From the sequence record PP359696.1: DNA of 64,000 bases; one strand, given 5' to 3'. The notes below the pieces were generated by a model that did no database searches, was not told where the DNA came from, and saw nothing but the letters and a program-made list of their open reading frames with translations. Shown here in pieces: positions 40,735-49,945 of the stretch. The stretch comes from Escherichia phage Ge15. The translations under genes were made by a program, and so were the position numbers. Positions within the stretch are counted from its first letter, which is position 1, and each line of letters starts with the position of its first letter.

Positions 40735-40764
40735 TAGCCCTAGCCGAAAGGTTGGGGCTTTTTG
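40735..40764 (+). terminator. Rho-independent terminator, near-identical copy of the one at 40176
   Basis: cttagccctagccgaaaggttggggcttttt. Confidence 0.75.
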
Positions 40765-40898
40765 GTATCTAGGCCTTTCCAGGCCTCTCTAGACATCATT
40801 TAGTTTCTACCCTTTATAATATATTATCCTATCCTTTGATTTCCCCTCCCTGCCCTAGAATTCCCCAAAACTTTTTAAAAATTTTTTTTCACAAAACG

Positions 40899-40937
40899 GT
40901 TTACATCCTTGTCCTTCCATGGTACTATACAACTATC
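40899..40937 (+). promoter_or_regulatory. T4-type early promoter (GTTTAC ... GGTACTATACAACTATC)
   Basis: One of four copies of an identical 17-bp -10 cassette. Confidence 0.7.
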
Positions 40938-40971
40938 AACTACTGATACAGAAAACAACTTGGAGAATGAA

Positions 40972-41235
40972 ATGGATAATTACGGCGAACTGTTCAACTT
41001 CTTTATGAAATGTGTTTCAGAAGATTTTGGTCGTACAGTGAATGATATTAAAGTTATCGGTCCTGATCATCCGATGTTTGAAACTTATGCAGTAATGGGT
41101 AATGAAGATGGTCAGTGGTATACTGTAAAGGTTGTAATTAATATGTTCACGGCAGAAGGTTATGTTAAACTGTCTTCTAAAGTTTACCATGATAACGACG
41201 AAATCGCAGAAGAATATTTCAATAATATGAAATAA
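40972..41235 (+). CDS. Hypothetical protein
   Basis: Start trimmed to MDNYGELF after RBS GGAG; the upstream track extension is translated promoter. Confidence 0.55.
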   Translation: MDNYGELFNFFMKCVSEDFGRTVNDIKVIGPDHPMFETYAVMGNEDGQWYTVKVVINMFTAEGYVKLSSKVYHDNDEIAEEYFNNMK

Positions 41236-41265
41236 GTTTACACAGGCTCATGATTGAGATATTAT
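41236..41265 (+). promoter_or_regulatory. T4-type early promoter with inverted repeat
   Basis: gtttacacaggctcatgattgagatattatgagcc. Confidence 0.55.
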
Positions 41266-41291
41266 GAGCCTATAACTTTGAGGAGAACATT

Positions 41292-41627
41292 ATGAAACGT
41301 AACTTTAGTAAAGCTTTTTGTAATAGAAATTATTATCCTGAAGAGCTTTTTGAATCTAAGGACTTTAAAGAGTTTAACGAACGTTCTCAAAACATGCCTG
41401 TACAATGGGTGTTAGATTATGCCAAACGTATCTTTGAAGGTGTACGTTGGTTCAGTCCTGATGATGAAGCCCCATATTTTCAAAGGGCATGGTCTATAGT
41501 CAATCAAGCTTATATTGATGCTTTAGAAAATATTAATATTATGGATGATGATGATGCTTTGTTAATCATCGATGAGTCTATTAATAGTAGTATCGATAAA
41601 TTTATTGATGAATTGGACGAAGAATAA
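41292..41627 (+). CDS. Hypothetical acidic protein
   Basis: 111-aa ORF with RBS. Confidence 0.5.
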   Translation: MKRNFSKAFCNRNYYPEELFESKDFKEFNERSQNMPVQWVLDYAKRIFEGVRWFSPDDEAPYFQRAWSIVNQAYIDALENINIMDDDDALLIIDESINSSIDKFIDELDEE

Positions 41628-41663
41628 GTTTACAAACTCTTGGGAGTAGAGTATAATACTCCC
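41628..41663 (+). promoter_or_regulatory. T4-type early promoter with inverted repeat GGGAGTA / TACTCCC around GAGTATAAT
   Basis: gtttacaaactcttgggagtagagtataatactccc. Confidence 0.7.
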
Positions 41664-41701
41664 ACGGATTATAAAACCCTTAATTAACTAAAGGAAATGC
41701 T

Positions 41702-42295
41702 ATGAACATGCTGAAGAAAATTGTTGAGTTTATTCGCACTAAACTTGGTTCTGCTATGGCTAAAAATTTATCTGTTGAAGAACAGTATACTGCTGCGGCA
41801 GCAAAACTACTTGATAAGATTAAAGATCTAAAAACTGCTTCTGTTAAATCTATTAATGAAGAAAAACGTATTCGTGAACTTATTGTCGAAAAGAATCGAC
41901 AGGCCGAATCAAAAGAGCGTGAAATTCGCAAGCTTCTTTCTGAAGGTCAAGATGTAACAATGCATGCTAAACTCGGCTTGCTATATCGTCGAACAGCTGA
42001 ACAGTTGACTACTAAAGCTGATGGTTATGCTGAAATGCGAATTGAAATCGCCAAGAAAGTAGTTGAATTGGATGATGCTCGCCAAGAACTTGCAGTTAAA
42101 TTGGAATATATCCGTGAAACTCGTGCAGCAAATGCCCTTGGAATTAGTACTGCTGATGATGTAGTTGAAATTGCAGCGCTAACTAAAGTTGATATTGAAG
42201 ATACTCTCGCCCGAGTTGAAACCTTTAATGGTAATATTTCTGGGGTTGAAACTACCTCTGCCGATGTTCAGGAATATATTAATTCTCTGAAATAA
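41702..42295 (+). CDS. Coiled-coil protein, possibly PspA/IM30-like
   Basis: 197 aa; N-terminal amphipathic helix then long heptad-repeat helices; similarity to PspA judged by eye only. Confidence 0.35.
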   Translation: MNMLKKIVEFIRTKLGSAMAKNLSVEEQYTAAAAKLLDKIKDLKTASVKSINEEKRIRELIVEKNRQAESKEREIRKLLSEGQDVTMHAKLGLLYRRTAEQLTTKADGYAEMRIEIAKKVVELDDARQELAVKLEYIRETRAANALGISTADDVVEIAALTKVDIEDTLARVETFNGNISGVETTSADVQEYINSLK

Positions 42296-42300
42296 TGATA

Positions 42301-42316
42301 AGGGGCTTCGGCCCCT
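42301..42316 (+). terminator. Hairpin AGGGGC-TTCG-GCCCCT
   Basis: UUCG stem-loop after the ORF; weak U-tract. Confidence 0.4.
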
Positions 42317-42336
42317 ATTACTTGGAGTAAGTAGGA

Positions 42337-42942
42337 ATGAAAATGCAAAGTGATTTCAATTCAATGTTTGAAGAGTTCCAAAGACAGGTTGATGTTCCAG
42401 ACCAATTACTAAATGCTCTTAAACGCATGGCAGAAGGACGTAATTACTATTGGGGGTCTTCATATGAAACTGATGAAAGTCTTTCTGGATTTTATAAAGG
42501 TAAAAAGTCTTTAATACGTCCTGGAATACTTATTAACAGTATTGAATCAATTCATTCATTGACATGTGATTTTGATGTTGAATTTACTGATTTCATTTCT
42601 CCTGAATGGACGGTTTGTTATTTAAACGACGATTATGATTATCTTGGCGTTTATAGTTTAAGTGACGCATGGTTTAAACGTAATTTACAAAAGTCAAATT
42701 TATTCTATATTGATACTACTGTAAAATTTCAGGGCAAGAAATATTTCTTTACTCTTATAGTTGATTCTGAAACGAAGCATGAAAATAAACGTATTCTTAG
42801 TAAAAAGAATATCTTAACTATTGTCGATGATCTTTTTGATAAATTCGTAGAAAATCCTAATTTTGAAAGCGATTTATTATTAGAAAAATTTGTTAAGGAA
42901 TGTAGAGAATATGTCAAAGCCATCACTATACCTTCCAAGTGA
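42337..42942 (+). CDS. Hypothetical protein; near-C-terminal KFVKECREY motif
   Basis: 201-aa ORF; shares motif with the next three ORFs. Confidence 0.5.
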   Translation: MKMQSDFNSMFEEFQRQVDVPDQLLNALKRMAEGRNYYWGSSYETDESLSGFYKGKKSLIRPGILINSIESIHSLTCDFDVEFTDFISPEWTVCYLNDDYDYLGVYSLSDAWFKRNLQKSNLFYIDTTVKFQGKKYFFTLIVDSETKHENKRILSKKNILTIVDDLFDKFVENPNFESDLLLEKFVKECREYVKAITIPSK

Positions 42943-43303
42943 ACCTGTGAAGTATGAACTAAAGCGTCAGCTAATTCCTACTGATGTATTAATAGGTCCT
43001 GTGACAGCTATATCATTTGTAATTCTATTGATTGTTGGAATGGTTATAGACTTTATGACTGATATTGAATCTGACGTAATATTTTTGTTAGTATTAATTC
43101 TTCCATTAGTAGTTCCATTTTTATTGGTACCTGTAAATTGGGTAGGATATTGGTATCAAGGAAGGCATTATCGTAAACGTGTACGTGAATGGAAAGCTCA
43201 GTGTAAAAAGATTAAAAAGGAACACCAGCTTAAACTAAATATGTATGAATTTAATGAAATTATGAAATTTGTTAAGGAATCACGATGCAAAAGCCAAAAC
43301 TAA
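42911..43303 (+). CDS. Membrane protein (2-3 TM), C-terminal KFVKESRCK motif
   Basis: Start trimmed to MSKPSLYLP; hydrophobic helices. Confidence 0.5.
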   Translation: MSKPSLYLPSEPVKYELKRQLIPTDVLIGPVTAISFVILLIVGMVIDFMTDIESDVIFLLVLILPLVVPFLLVPVNWVGYWYQGRHYRKRVREWKAQCKKIKKEHQLKLNMYEFNEIMKFVKESRCKSQN

Positions 43304-43659
43304 ATAAAGTCAAATATTCTTTTTCTGAGTCATTTTTAATTTTTGCTGTGGCGTTGGCTGCAGCTCTTGCTGGTAGTCTTATTGGATTAATGATTGACTG
43401 TATTATTTTAAACATCCGCAGTAACGTCAGCGGTATAGTAGATATAATAGAAGTTTGGAGTGAACTTCATTATACTATAGCAATTTCATTATTTTCATTC
43501 TTTAGTATCATTTTATATTTTCATTATGATAATTTTAAAATAAATTGGCAAAGAAAAAAGGATTACAAAATACAATTAAAAGAATATAATAACTACATGT
43601 CTTATATTGAAAATGAATCAATGAAAGAATTCGTGAATGATTGTAGGAAAATCAAATGA
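43285..43659 (+). CDS. Membrane protein (2 TM), C-terminal EFVNDCRKIK motif
   Basis: Hydrophobic helices; overlaps neighbours. Confidence 0.5.
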   Translation: MQKPKLNKVKYSFSESFLIFAVALAAALAGSLIGLMIDCIILNIRSNVSGIVDIIEVWSELHYTIAISLFSFFSIILYFHYDNFKINWQRKKDYKIQLKEYNNYMSYIENESMKEFVNDCRKIK

Positions 43660-44144
43660 TTTTAAAAACTCGCTGGTATGATTTAGATGATGGGGACGAT
43701 GGCATTTCAGTCGATAGAGTTGACTGGAGCGGCTGTTCTGAAGATACAAAGAAACGATTAATTAGGGAGTTTAGAATGGGATATCAAGCAGTTAAGCCAT
43801 CTACTGTAACAGATGATAAATTCGTGTGTATTCAAAATGGTCGTGCTAAGTTAACGAACGCTGATTGGTTCACAGATAAGAAGGTTATTCTGTGGTATAT
43901 TATTAGTTTTCCTGTGACATCATTTGTATTTTGCTTCTTTGGAGAAAGTCCAGTAGGCAGAACGGAAGATTGGATTCTTTTAATTATACTTGTTAATATT
44001 TTTACAGCAGCAGTACTATCAGGAATATGGTGCGTGTTCATTGAAATGCCATGGCGGTTACGTAGGCAGCAAAAGATTTTTGATGAAAAGAAATATACTC
44101 AAAATTTAAATAATTTTATCACTGAATGCAGGAAATTAAAATGA
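43656..44144 (+). CDS. Membrane protein (2 TM), C-terminal NFITECRKLK motif
   Basis: Hydrophobic helices; ATGA overlaps on both sides. Confidence 0.5.
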   Translation: MILKTRWYDLDDGDDGISVDRVDWSGCSEDTKKRLIREFRMGYQAVKPSTVTDDKFVCIQNGRAKLTNADWFTDKKVILWYIISFPVTSFVFCFFGESPVGRTEDWILLIILVNIFTAAVLSGIWCVFIEMPWRLRRQQKIFDEKKYTQNLNNFITECRKLK

Positions 44145-44581
44145 AAACATTATCAGCTGGTATTATCTTTATGACAGAAGATAAAGATTTATTTATGGGA
44201 CGAGTTACTGGTTCTCGTAAGCCTGGAATGATGGCACATCGCTGGGATATTCCAAAGGGGCGTGTAGAAAATTCTGATTTAAGCGCATTAGATGCAGCAC
44301 GAAGAGAATGCTCAGAAGAGACTGGTTTTAACAATTATAATCCAGACCTTCTAGAAGACCTAGGTGTATTTAAATATTCTAGTAATAAAGACTTACAGTT
44401 ATTTTATTATACGATTCCAGTAGAGCATGAGATGTTCAGAAATTGCCATTGCGAGTCTTATTTTGAAAATAAAGATGGTGTTATGATTCCAGAGATGGAT
44501 GCTTTTGCCCTTATTCCTCGTACTCAGTGGCAATATGTGATGGGTCCTTCACTTTACCGAATAATGAACAGCCTCTTTTAA
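44126..44581 (+). CDS. nudE: Nudix hydrolase NudE
   Basis: 151 aa; Nudix box region RECSEETGF; directly upstream of e. Confidence 0.8.
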   Translation: MQEIKMKTLSAGIIFMTEDKDLFMGRVTGSRKPGMMAHRWDIPKGRVENSDLSALDAARRECSEETGFNNYNPDLLEDLGVFKYSSNKDLQLFYYTIPVEHEMFRNCHCESYFENKDGVMIPEMDAFALIPRTQWQYVMGPSLYRIMNSLF

Positions 44582-45112
<531 letters not shown>

Positions 45113-45116
45113 AGTT

Positions 45117-45157
45117 GTTTACTTTCTCCTAGAACTGTGATAGTATATTCACAGTTA
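45117..45157 (+). promoter_or_regulatory. T4-type early promoter with inverted repeat GAACTGTGA / TCACAGTT
   Basis: gtttactttctcctagaactgtgatagtatattcacagtt. Confidence 0.65.
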
Positions 45158-45171
45158 CTTGGAGGGATAAA

Positions 45172-45588
45172 ATGACTCGTATTAATTTGACTTTAGTATC
45201 TGAACTTGCTGATCAGCATTTAATCGCAGAATACCGTGAATTGCCACGTGTTTTTGGTATAGTTCGTAAACACGTGGCAAATGGTAAGCGGGTTAAAGAT
45301 TTTAAAATATCTTCCGAGTTTATTTTAGGTTCTGGTCATGTTACGTTCTTTTACGATAAGTTAGAATTTTTGCGAAAGCGTCAATCAGACATTATAACGG
45401 AATGCTTAAAACGTGGGTTTAGTATAAAAGATACTGAAGTTCCTGACATCAGTGATATTCCAGCAGAATGGAAAAATGATTATAATCCATGCAAATCAGC
45501 TATTAAATTGAGTCAACAACGACTCGATGAAAAAATTTTAATGAAGCCACACTGGTACAAGTATTACGGCAAAAATATTTACATTTAA
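45172..45588 (+). CDS. denV: Endonuclease V (pyrimidine dimer DNA glycosylase)
   Basis: 138 aa; [17 protein letters not shown]...[10 protein letters not shown] matches T4 DenV but is clearly diverged. Confidence 0.92.
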   Translation: MTRINLTLVSELADQHLIAEYRELPRVFGIVRKHVANGKRVKDFKISSEFILGSGHVTFFYDKLEFLRKRQSDIITECLKRGFSIKDTEVPDISDIPAEWKNDYNPCKSAIKLSQQRLDEKILMKPHWYKYYGKNIYI

Positions 45589-45597
45589 AGGAAACAT

Positions 45598-45915
45598 ATG
45601 AAAACGTATAAAGAATTTATTGCAGAATCTGCCGCAGGACAACGTGTAGAAGGCGGTTATATTTGGATTGAAGAAGTTGAGCCACCTAGTCGTACTTCTA
45701 CTGGTAAATGGAAAATTACTGTCGATGGTCCTGGCGGAAAACGCAGAACTTTAAAAGAAATTAATGGATATTATAGTGAAGCTCTTTCAGACGCGGGCAC
45801 TTATATGATGCAAATTATGATTAAAAATCCAGAAAATCGTTTTGCAGCTAGAGTTTTCCGCCGCATTGGAAATAAACTTTACGATGCATATTCTAAAAAT
45901 TTTCCTAAAGCATAA
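45598..45915 (+). CDS. Internal protein with CTS (IPII-like)
   Basis: MKTYKEFIAES CTS; 105 aa basic protein. Confidence 0.7.
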   Translation: MKTYKEFIAESAAGQRVEGGYIWIEEVEPPSRTSTGKWKITVDGPGGKRRTLKEINGYYSEALSDAGTYMMQIMIKNPENRFAARVFRRIGNKLYDAYSKNFPKA

Positions 45916-45931
45916 AAATTAAAGGAAACAT

Positions 45932-46405
45932 ATGAAAACATATCAAGAATTTATTACTGAAGCAGCTATTAATTCTCAAATTATTGCTGAATCTTTTACT
46001 GATCTTTTGAAATTTAAAAAAGGTCAAAAAATCACTGCTGTATTGGATGATGGTACAGAAGTTGAGATGGATGTACAGGGATATAATTATGCAGTAGATG
46101 GAAAACTGTATAATAAATCTCATGCTAAATTTGATTCATTTGACGACTTTGTTAATACAGTTGAAGATGAAAAAACTCGTAGATCCATTGCAACTGGTGA
46201 TGCTAAGGTTCTTATGGCACACGGCCATGAACGCATTCGCGCTAAGCAGAATAAAATGGGCGAAGATAATTTCGCATTAGTTGGTTATCAATCTGGTAAA
46301 CAAACTTATGGTTATCAGCGTACTGCTACCATGTATAACAAAAATGGTAAAATCGCTTTCGTGAATAGTAAAGGTTCTGTTCAGTACGTTAAATCGTTCA
46401 AATAA
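45932..46405 (+). CDS. Internal protein with CTS (IPIII-like)
   Basis: MKTYQEFITEAA CTS; 157 aa. Confidence 0.7.
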   Translation: MKTYQEFITEAAINSQIIAESFTDLLKFKKGQKITAVLDDGTEVEMDVQGYNYAVDGKLYNKSHAKFDSFDDFVNTVEDEKTRRSIATGDAKVLMAHGHERIRAKQNKMGEDNFALVGYQSGKQTYGYQRTATMYNKNGKIAFVNSKGSVQYVKSFK

Positions 46406-46540
46406 TATGGGAACAGCCTGGACCTCATTTGAGGTATTCCCGCCAACCTGTGATAAGGTCGAGCCAAAGCGCGGTAATGGGTAATGCAGGAATGGACAAC
46501 TCATGTGCCATGGAATGGCCCAAAAATTAAGAGAGAAAAT

Positions 46541-47083
46541 ATGAAAACATTTTTAACTGGCCCGTATCTATCCCTGATGAATGCTTTTACACACCATTCT
46601 GATGCTAGAGTAGAAGAAATTTGTAAAAACGAATATATCCCGCCATTTGAAGAATTACTTAAACAGTACTGTACACTTCGTATAGATGGTGGACGTCAAT
46701 CCGGTAAATCACTTGCTGTGACTAACTTTGCTGCTAATTGGCTGTATGATGGCGGAACAGTTATTGTTCTATCTAATACTTCAGCTTACGCTAAAATTTC
46801 TGCAAATAACATTAAAAAGGAATTTTCGCGTTATTCTAATGATGATATACGTTTTCGTTTATTTACTGATTCTGTGCGCAGTTTTATTGGTAATAGAGGT
46901 AGCAAGTTCAGAGGTTTATCGCTTTCACGAATTTTGTATATAATTGATGAGCCTGTTAAATCTCCTGATATGGATAAAATTTACGATATTCATATTGAAA
47001 CTGTGCAACACTGTTGTCGAAGCTATAATGCTGAAACAGGTGAAACAGTTCGTCCTCAATTTTTTGTGATTGGAATGCAATGA
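46541..47083 (+). CDS. Small P-loop NTPase
   Basis: Start trimmed to MKTFLTGPY; Walker A GGRQSGKS and Walker B-like ILYIIDEP. Confidence 0.55.
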   Translation: MKTFLTGPYLSLMNAFTHHSDARVEEICKNEYIPPFEELLKQYCTLRIDGGRQSGKSLAVTNFAANWLYDGGTVIVLSNTSAYAKISANNIKKEFSRYSNDDIRFRLFTDSVRSFIGNRGSKFRGLSLSRILYIIDEPVKSPDMDKIYDIHIETVQHCCRSYNAETGETVRPQFFVIGMQ

Positions 47084-47409
47084 TGACAGACACACAGCTT
47101 TTCGAATATCTTTATTTTTCGCCAAAAACTATTAAAAATAAATTGGTGAATCATTTTGAAATTTTGGCAAATAACAACGTCTTGAGCGAATTTTATCCTA
47201 AGCAATACAAATTACAAAAAGGCGTATTCAAAGGATGCAGAGTTTTGTGTACTGCTCCTAACGCGCAGTTAATGAATAAAATTCCATATTTTACCATGGA
47301 ATTTATTGATGGACCTTTTAAAGGACTAATCACCCAAAGTTTAATGGCATATGATTCTGAGCCATTTTTAATTAAAGAACAATCTTGGATAAATTTATTT
47401 TCTAATTGA
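47080..47409 (+). CDS. Hypothetical protein translationally coupled to the P-loop NTPase
   Basis: ATGA start/stop overlap. Confidence 0.5.
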   Translation: MMTDTQLFEYLYFSPKTIKNKLVNHFEILANNNVLSEFYPKQYKLQKGVFKGCRVLCTAPNAQLMNKIPYFTMEFIDGPFKGLITQSLMAYDSEPFLIKEQSWINLFSN

Positions 47410-47416
47410 GGTTTAT

Positions 47417-47779
47417 ATGAAAGCATATCAAATTCTTGAAGGCACACATAAAGGTACTATTTATTTTGAAGATGGTATTCAAGCACGAATTATTGTCTCT
47501 AAAACCTTTAAAGAGGACTCTTTTGTAGACCCAGAAATTTTCTATGGTTTGCATGCCCGTGAAATTGAAATTGAGCAACAGCCTACAGTTAAAATTGAAG
47601 GTGGTCAACACCTGAACGTTAACGTTCTGCGTCGCGAAACTTTGGAAGATGCAGTTAAGCATCCGGAAAAATATCCGCAGCTGACCATCCGTGTATCCGG
47701 TTATGCAGTTCGCTTTAACTCTCTGACTCCGGAACAGCAGCGCGACGTTATTGCTCGTACCTTTACTGAGAGTTTGTAA
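47417..47779 (+). CDS. Autonomous glycyl-radical cofactor (GrcA/YfiD-like)
   Basis: C-terminal ~60 aa ([60 protein letters not shown]) matches E. coli GrcA glycyl-radical domain as I recall it; N-terminus is phage-specific. Confidence 0.9.
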   Translation: MKAYQILEGTHKGTIYFEDGIQARIIVSKTFKEDSFVDPEIFYGLHAREIEIEQQPTVKIEGGQHLNVNVLRRETLEDAVKHPEKYPQLTIRVSGYAVRFNSLTPEQQRDVIARTFTESL

Positions 47780-48000
47780 TGGCAAAGATAATTATTGAAG
47801 GTTCTAAAGATGTGCTAAATGCTTTCGCCGAGTGGTTTAGTAATTCAGGCGAACAGCAATTTAATGAAGCCTGGAATATGGGTGATATTGATGGAATTTA
47901 TCCTACGACAGAAATTTCTGTTCAAGGATATGGCATTCATGAACCTATTCGTTTAGTTGAATATGATTTATGTACTGGTGAGGAAGTCAAATATGATTGA
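47779..48000 (+). CDS. Hypothetical small protein
   Basis: 73-aa ORF, coupled start. Confidence 0.45.
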   Translation: MAKIIIEGSKDVLNAFAEWFSNSGEQQFNEAWNMGDIDGIYPTTEISVQGYGIHEPIRLVEYDLCTGEEVKYD

Positions 48001-48259
48001 AGACATTAAAGGTTATAAGCCGCATACTGAAGAGAAAATCGGTAAAGTGAATGCTATTAAAGACGCTGAAGTTCGTTTAGGACTTATCTTTGACGCTTTA
48101 TACGATGAATTCTGGGAAGCACTAGATAATTGTGAAGATGATGAACTCGCGAAGAATTATGCTGAAAGCCTCGATCAGTTAACTATTGCTAAAACGAAAC
48201 TCAAAGAAGCCAGTATGTGGGCTTGTCGTGCAGTGTTCCAACCAGAGGAAAAATACTAA
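47993..48259 (+). CDS. Hypothetical small protein
   Basis: Start trimmed to MIEDIKGY. Confidence 0.45.
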   Translation: MIEDIKGYKPHTEEKIGKVNAIKDAEVRLGLIFDALYDEFWEALDNCEDDELAKNYAESLDQLTIAKTKLKEASMWACRAVFQPEEKY

Positions 48260-48537
48260 TGGCTCAATTAAGTGCAGGGTTTGGTTATGAGTATTATACT
48301 GCACCTCGTCGTGTATCTGCCGCTCCTAAGAAAATTCAAAGTCTTGATGACTTCCAGGAAGTAGTCCGTAAAGCTTTTCAGGACTATGCACGTTATCTTA
48401 AAGAAGATTCACAGGACTGTCTCGAAGAAGATGAAATTGCTTACTATGAGCAGCGTCTTGAACAGCTTAAAAACTTACATGAGGTTCGTGCAGAAGTTTC
48501 AAAGTCTATGAATAAATTGATTAGATTTAAAGAATAA
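48259..48537 (+). CDS. Hypothetical small protein
   Basis: Start trimmed to MAQLSAGF. Confidence 0.45.
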   Translation: MAQLSAGFGYEYYTAPRRVSAAPKKIQSLDDFQEVVRKAFQDYARYLKEDSQDCLEEDEIAYYEQRLEQLKNLHEVRAEVSKSMNKLIRFKE

Positions 48538-48539
48538 CT

Positions 48540-48589
48540 GTTTACTTTTCCTCTTGACTGTGGTATAATTTTTCTATCAGTTAAGAGGA
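48540..48589 (+). promoter_or_regulatory. T4-type early promoter (GTTTAC, TGGTATAAT) with flanking inverted repeat
   Basis: gtttacttttcctcttgactgtggtataatttttctatcagttaagagg. Confidence 0.7.
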
Positions 48590-48596
48590 GAATAAC

Positions 48597-49058
48597 ATGA
48601 CTATCAACACAGAAGTTTTTATCCGTCGAAATAAGCTCCGTCGTCACTTTGAGTCGGAGTTTCGTCAAATTAACAATGAGATTCGTGAGGCATCAAAAGC
48701 AGCAGGGGTCTCATCGTTTCATCTAAAATATTCTCAGCATCTTCTTGATCGTGCAATTCAACGGGAGATTGATGAGACATATGTTTTTGAATTATTCCAT
48801 AAAATAAAAGATCATGTTTTAGAAGTTAATGAATTCCTGAGTATGCCTCCGCGTCCTGACATTGACGAGGATTTTATTGATGGGGTTGAATATCGTCCTG
48901 GACGTTTAGAAATCACAGATGGAAATCTTTGGCTTGGATTTACAGTTTGTAAGCCTAATGAGAAGTTCAAAAACCCGTCACTTCAATGCAGGATGGCAAT
49001 TATCAACAGTCGTCGTTTACCAGGAAAGGCTTCTAAAGCAGTAATTAAAACTCAATGA
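48597..49058 (+). CDS. regB: Endoribonuclease RegB
   Basis: 153 aa; sequence recognised as T4 RegB. Confidence 0.9.
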   Translation: MTINTEVFIRRNKLRRHFESEFRQINNEIREASKAAGVSSFHLKYSQHLLDRAIQREIDETYVFELFHKIKDHVLEVNEFLSMPPRPDIDEDFIDGVEYRPGRLEITDGNLWLGFTVCKPNEKFKNPSLQCRMAIINSRRLPGKASKAVIKTQ

Positions 49059-49065
49059 GGTAAAC

Positions 49066-49611
49066 ATGAGAAAAGCACTACTCGCTGGTCTATTGGCCAT
49101 TTCAATGATGGCACATAGCTCCGAGCATACTTTCAGTAATGTCCAACTCGATAACATGCGTTACGCGTATCAATTCGGGGAACAATTTTCTAAGGATGGA
49201 AAATATAAAACACACAAAAATATCCACAAGAGCGGATTAGGTCATATAATGGCTGCCATTTTATGGCAAGAAAGCTCTGGCGGAGTTAATTTAAAATCTA
49301 AACCAAAGCATCACGCCTACGGAATGTTCCAAAATTATTTGCCTACTATGCGAGCAAGAGTTAAGGAACTTGGTTATAATATGACCGATGCTGAAATAAA
49401 AAGAATGTTGAATAAACGGTCCAATTCAGCTTCCTGGGCGTACATTGAACTTTCTTATTGGTTAAATATACATAAGGGCGATATAAGAAAAGCAATATCC
49501 TCTTATAATTCGGGATGGAATGTTAAAGCAGGTTCTAAATATGCTTCTGAAGTCCTAGAAAAGGCTAATTACCTTAAAAATAATAAACTTTTGGAAATAG
49601 TAAATGACTAA
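49066..49611 (+). CDS. Secreted protein with lytic-transglycosylase-like motif (vs.1 position)
   Basis: Signal peptide MRKALLAGLLAISMMAHS; WQESSGG...YGMFQ resembles the ES...G..Q transglycosylase motif. Confidence 0.45.
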   Translation: MRKALLAGLLAISMMAHSSEHTFSNVQLDNMRYAYQFGEQFSKDGKYKTHKNIHKSGLGHIMAAILWQESSGGVNLKSKPKHHAYGMFQNYLPTMRARVKELGYNMTDAEIKRMLNKRSNSASWAYIELSYWLNIHKGDIRKAISSYNSGWNVKAGSKYASEVLEKANYLKNNKLLEIVND

Positions 49612-49945
49612 AATTTTGGTTTTATGTATAGGATTAATTTCATTTTCTGCGTTAGCAGATACATCATATACTGAAATTAGAGAGTATGTAAACCGTACTG
49701 CAGCGGATTATTGCGGGAAAAATAAAGCATGCCAAGCTGAATTTGCGCAGAAATTAATATATGCATATAAAGACGGAGAAAGAGATAAATCAAGCAGATA
49801 CAAAAATGATACATTGTTAAAACGATATGCTAAAAAGTGGAATACCTTAGAATGTTCAGTTGCGGAGGAGAAAGATAAAGCCGCTTGTCATTCAATGGTT
49901 GACCGTTTGGTAGATTCTTATAATCGAGGATTGAGTACTAGATGA
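49604..49945 (+). CDS. Secreted cysteine-containing small protein
   Basis: Signal peptide with ALA cleavage site; four Cys. Confidence 0.45.
   Translation: MTKILVLCIGLISFSALADTSYTEIREYVNRTAADYCGKNKACQAEFAQKLIYAYKDGERDKSSRYKNDTLLKRYAKKWNTLECSVAEEKDKAACHSMVDRLVDSYNRGLSTR

Noticed and set aside
40909-40971. N-terminal extensions containing the peptide CGTIQLS/HGTIQLS in ORFs starting at 40909, 52750 and 58008
   Set aside because: They are translations of the conserved promoter -10 cassette GGTACTATACAACTATC; true starts are the downstream ATGs with RBS.
47402-47785. 127-aa - strand ORF overlapping the GrcA-like gene, and other - strand ORFs in the early region (35477-35757, 41680-41931, 45905-46123, 46277-46504, 46925-47125, 52074-52274, 62042-62281)
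   Set aside because: All antisense to + strand genes with RBS and promoter support; every supported gene in this half is on the + strand.
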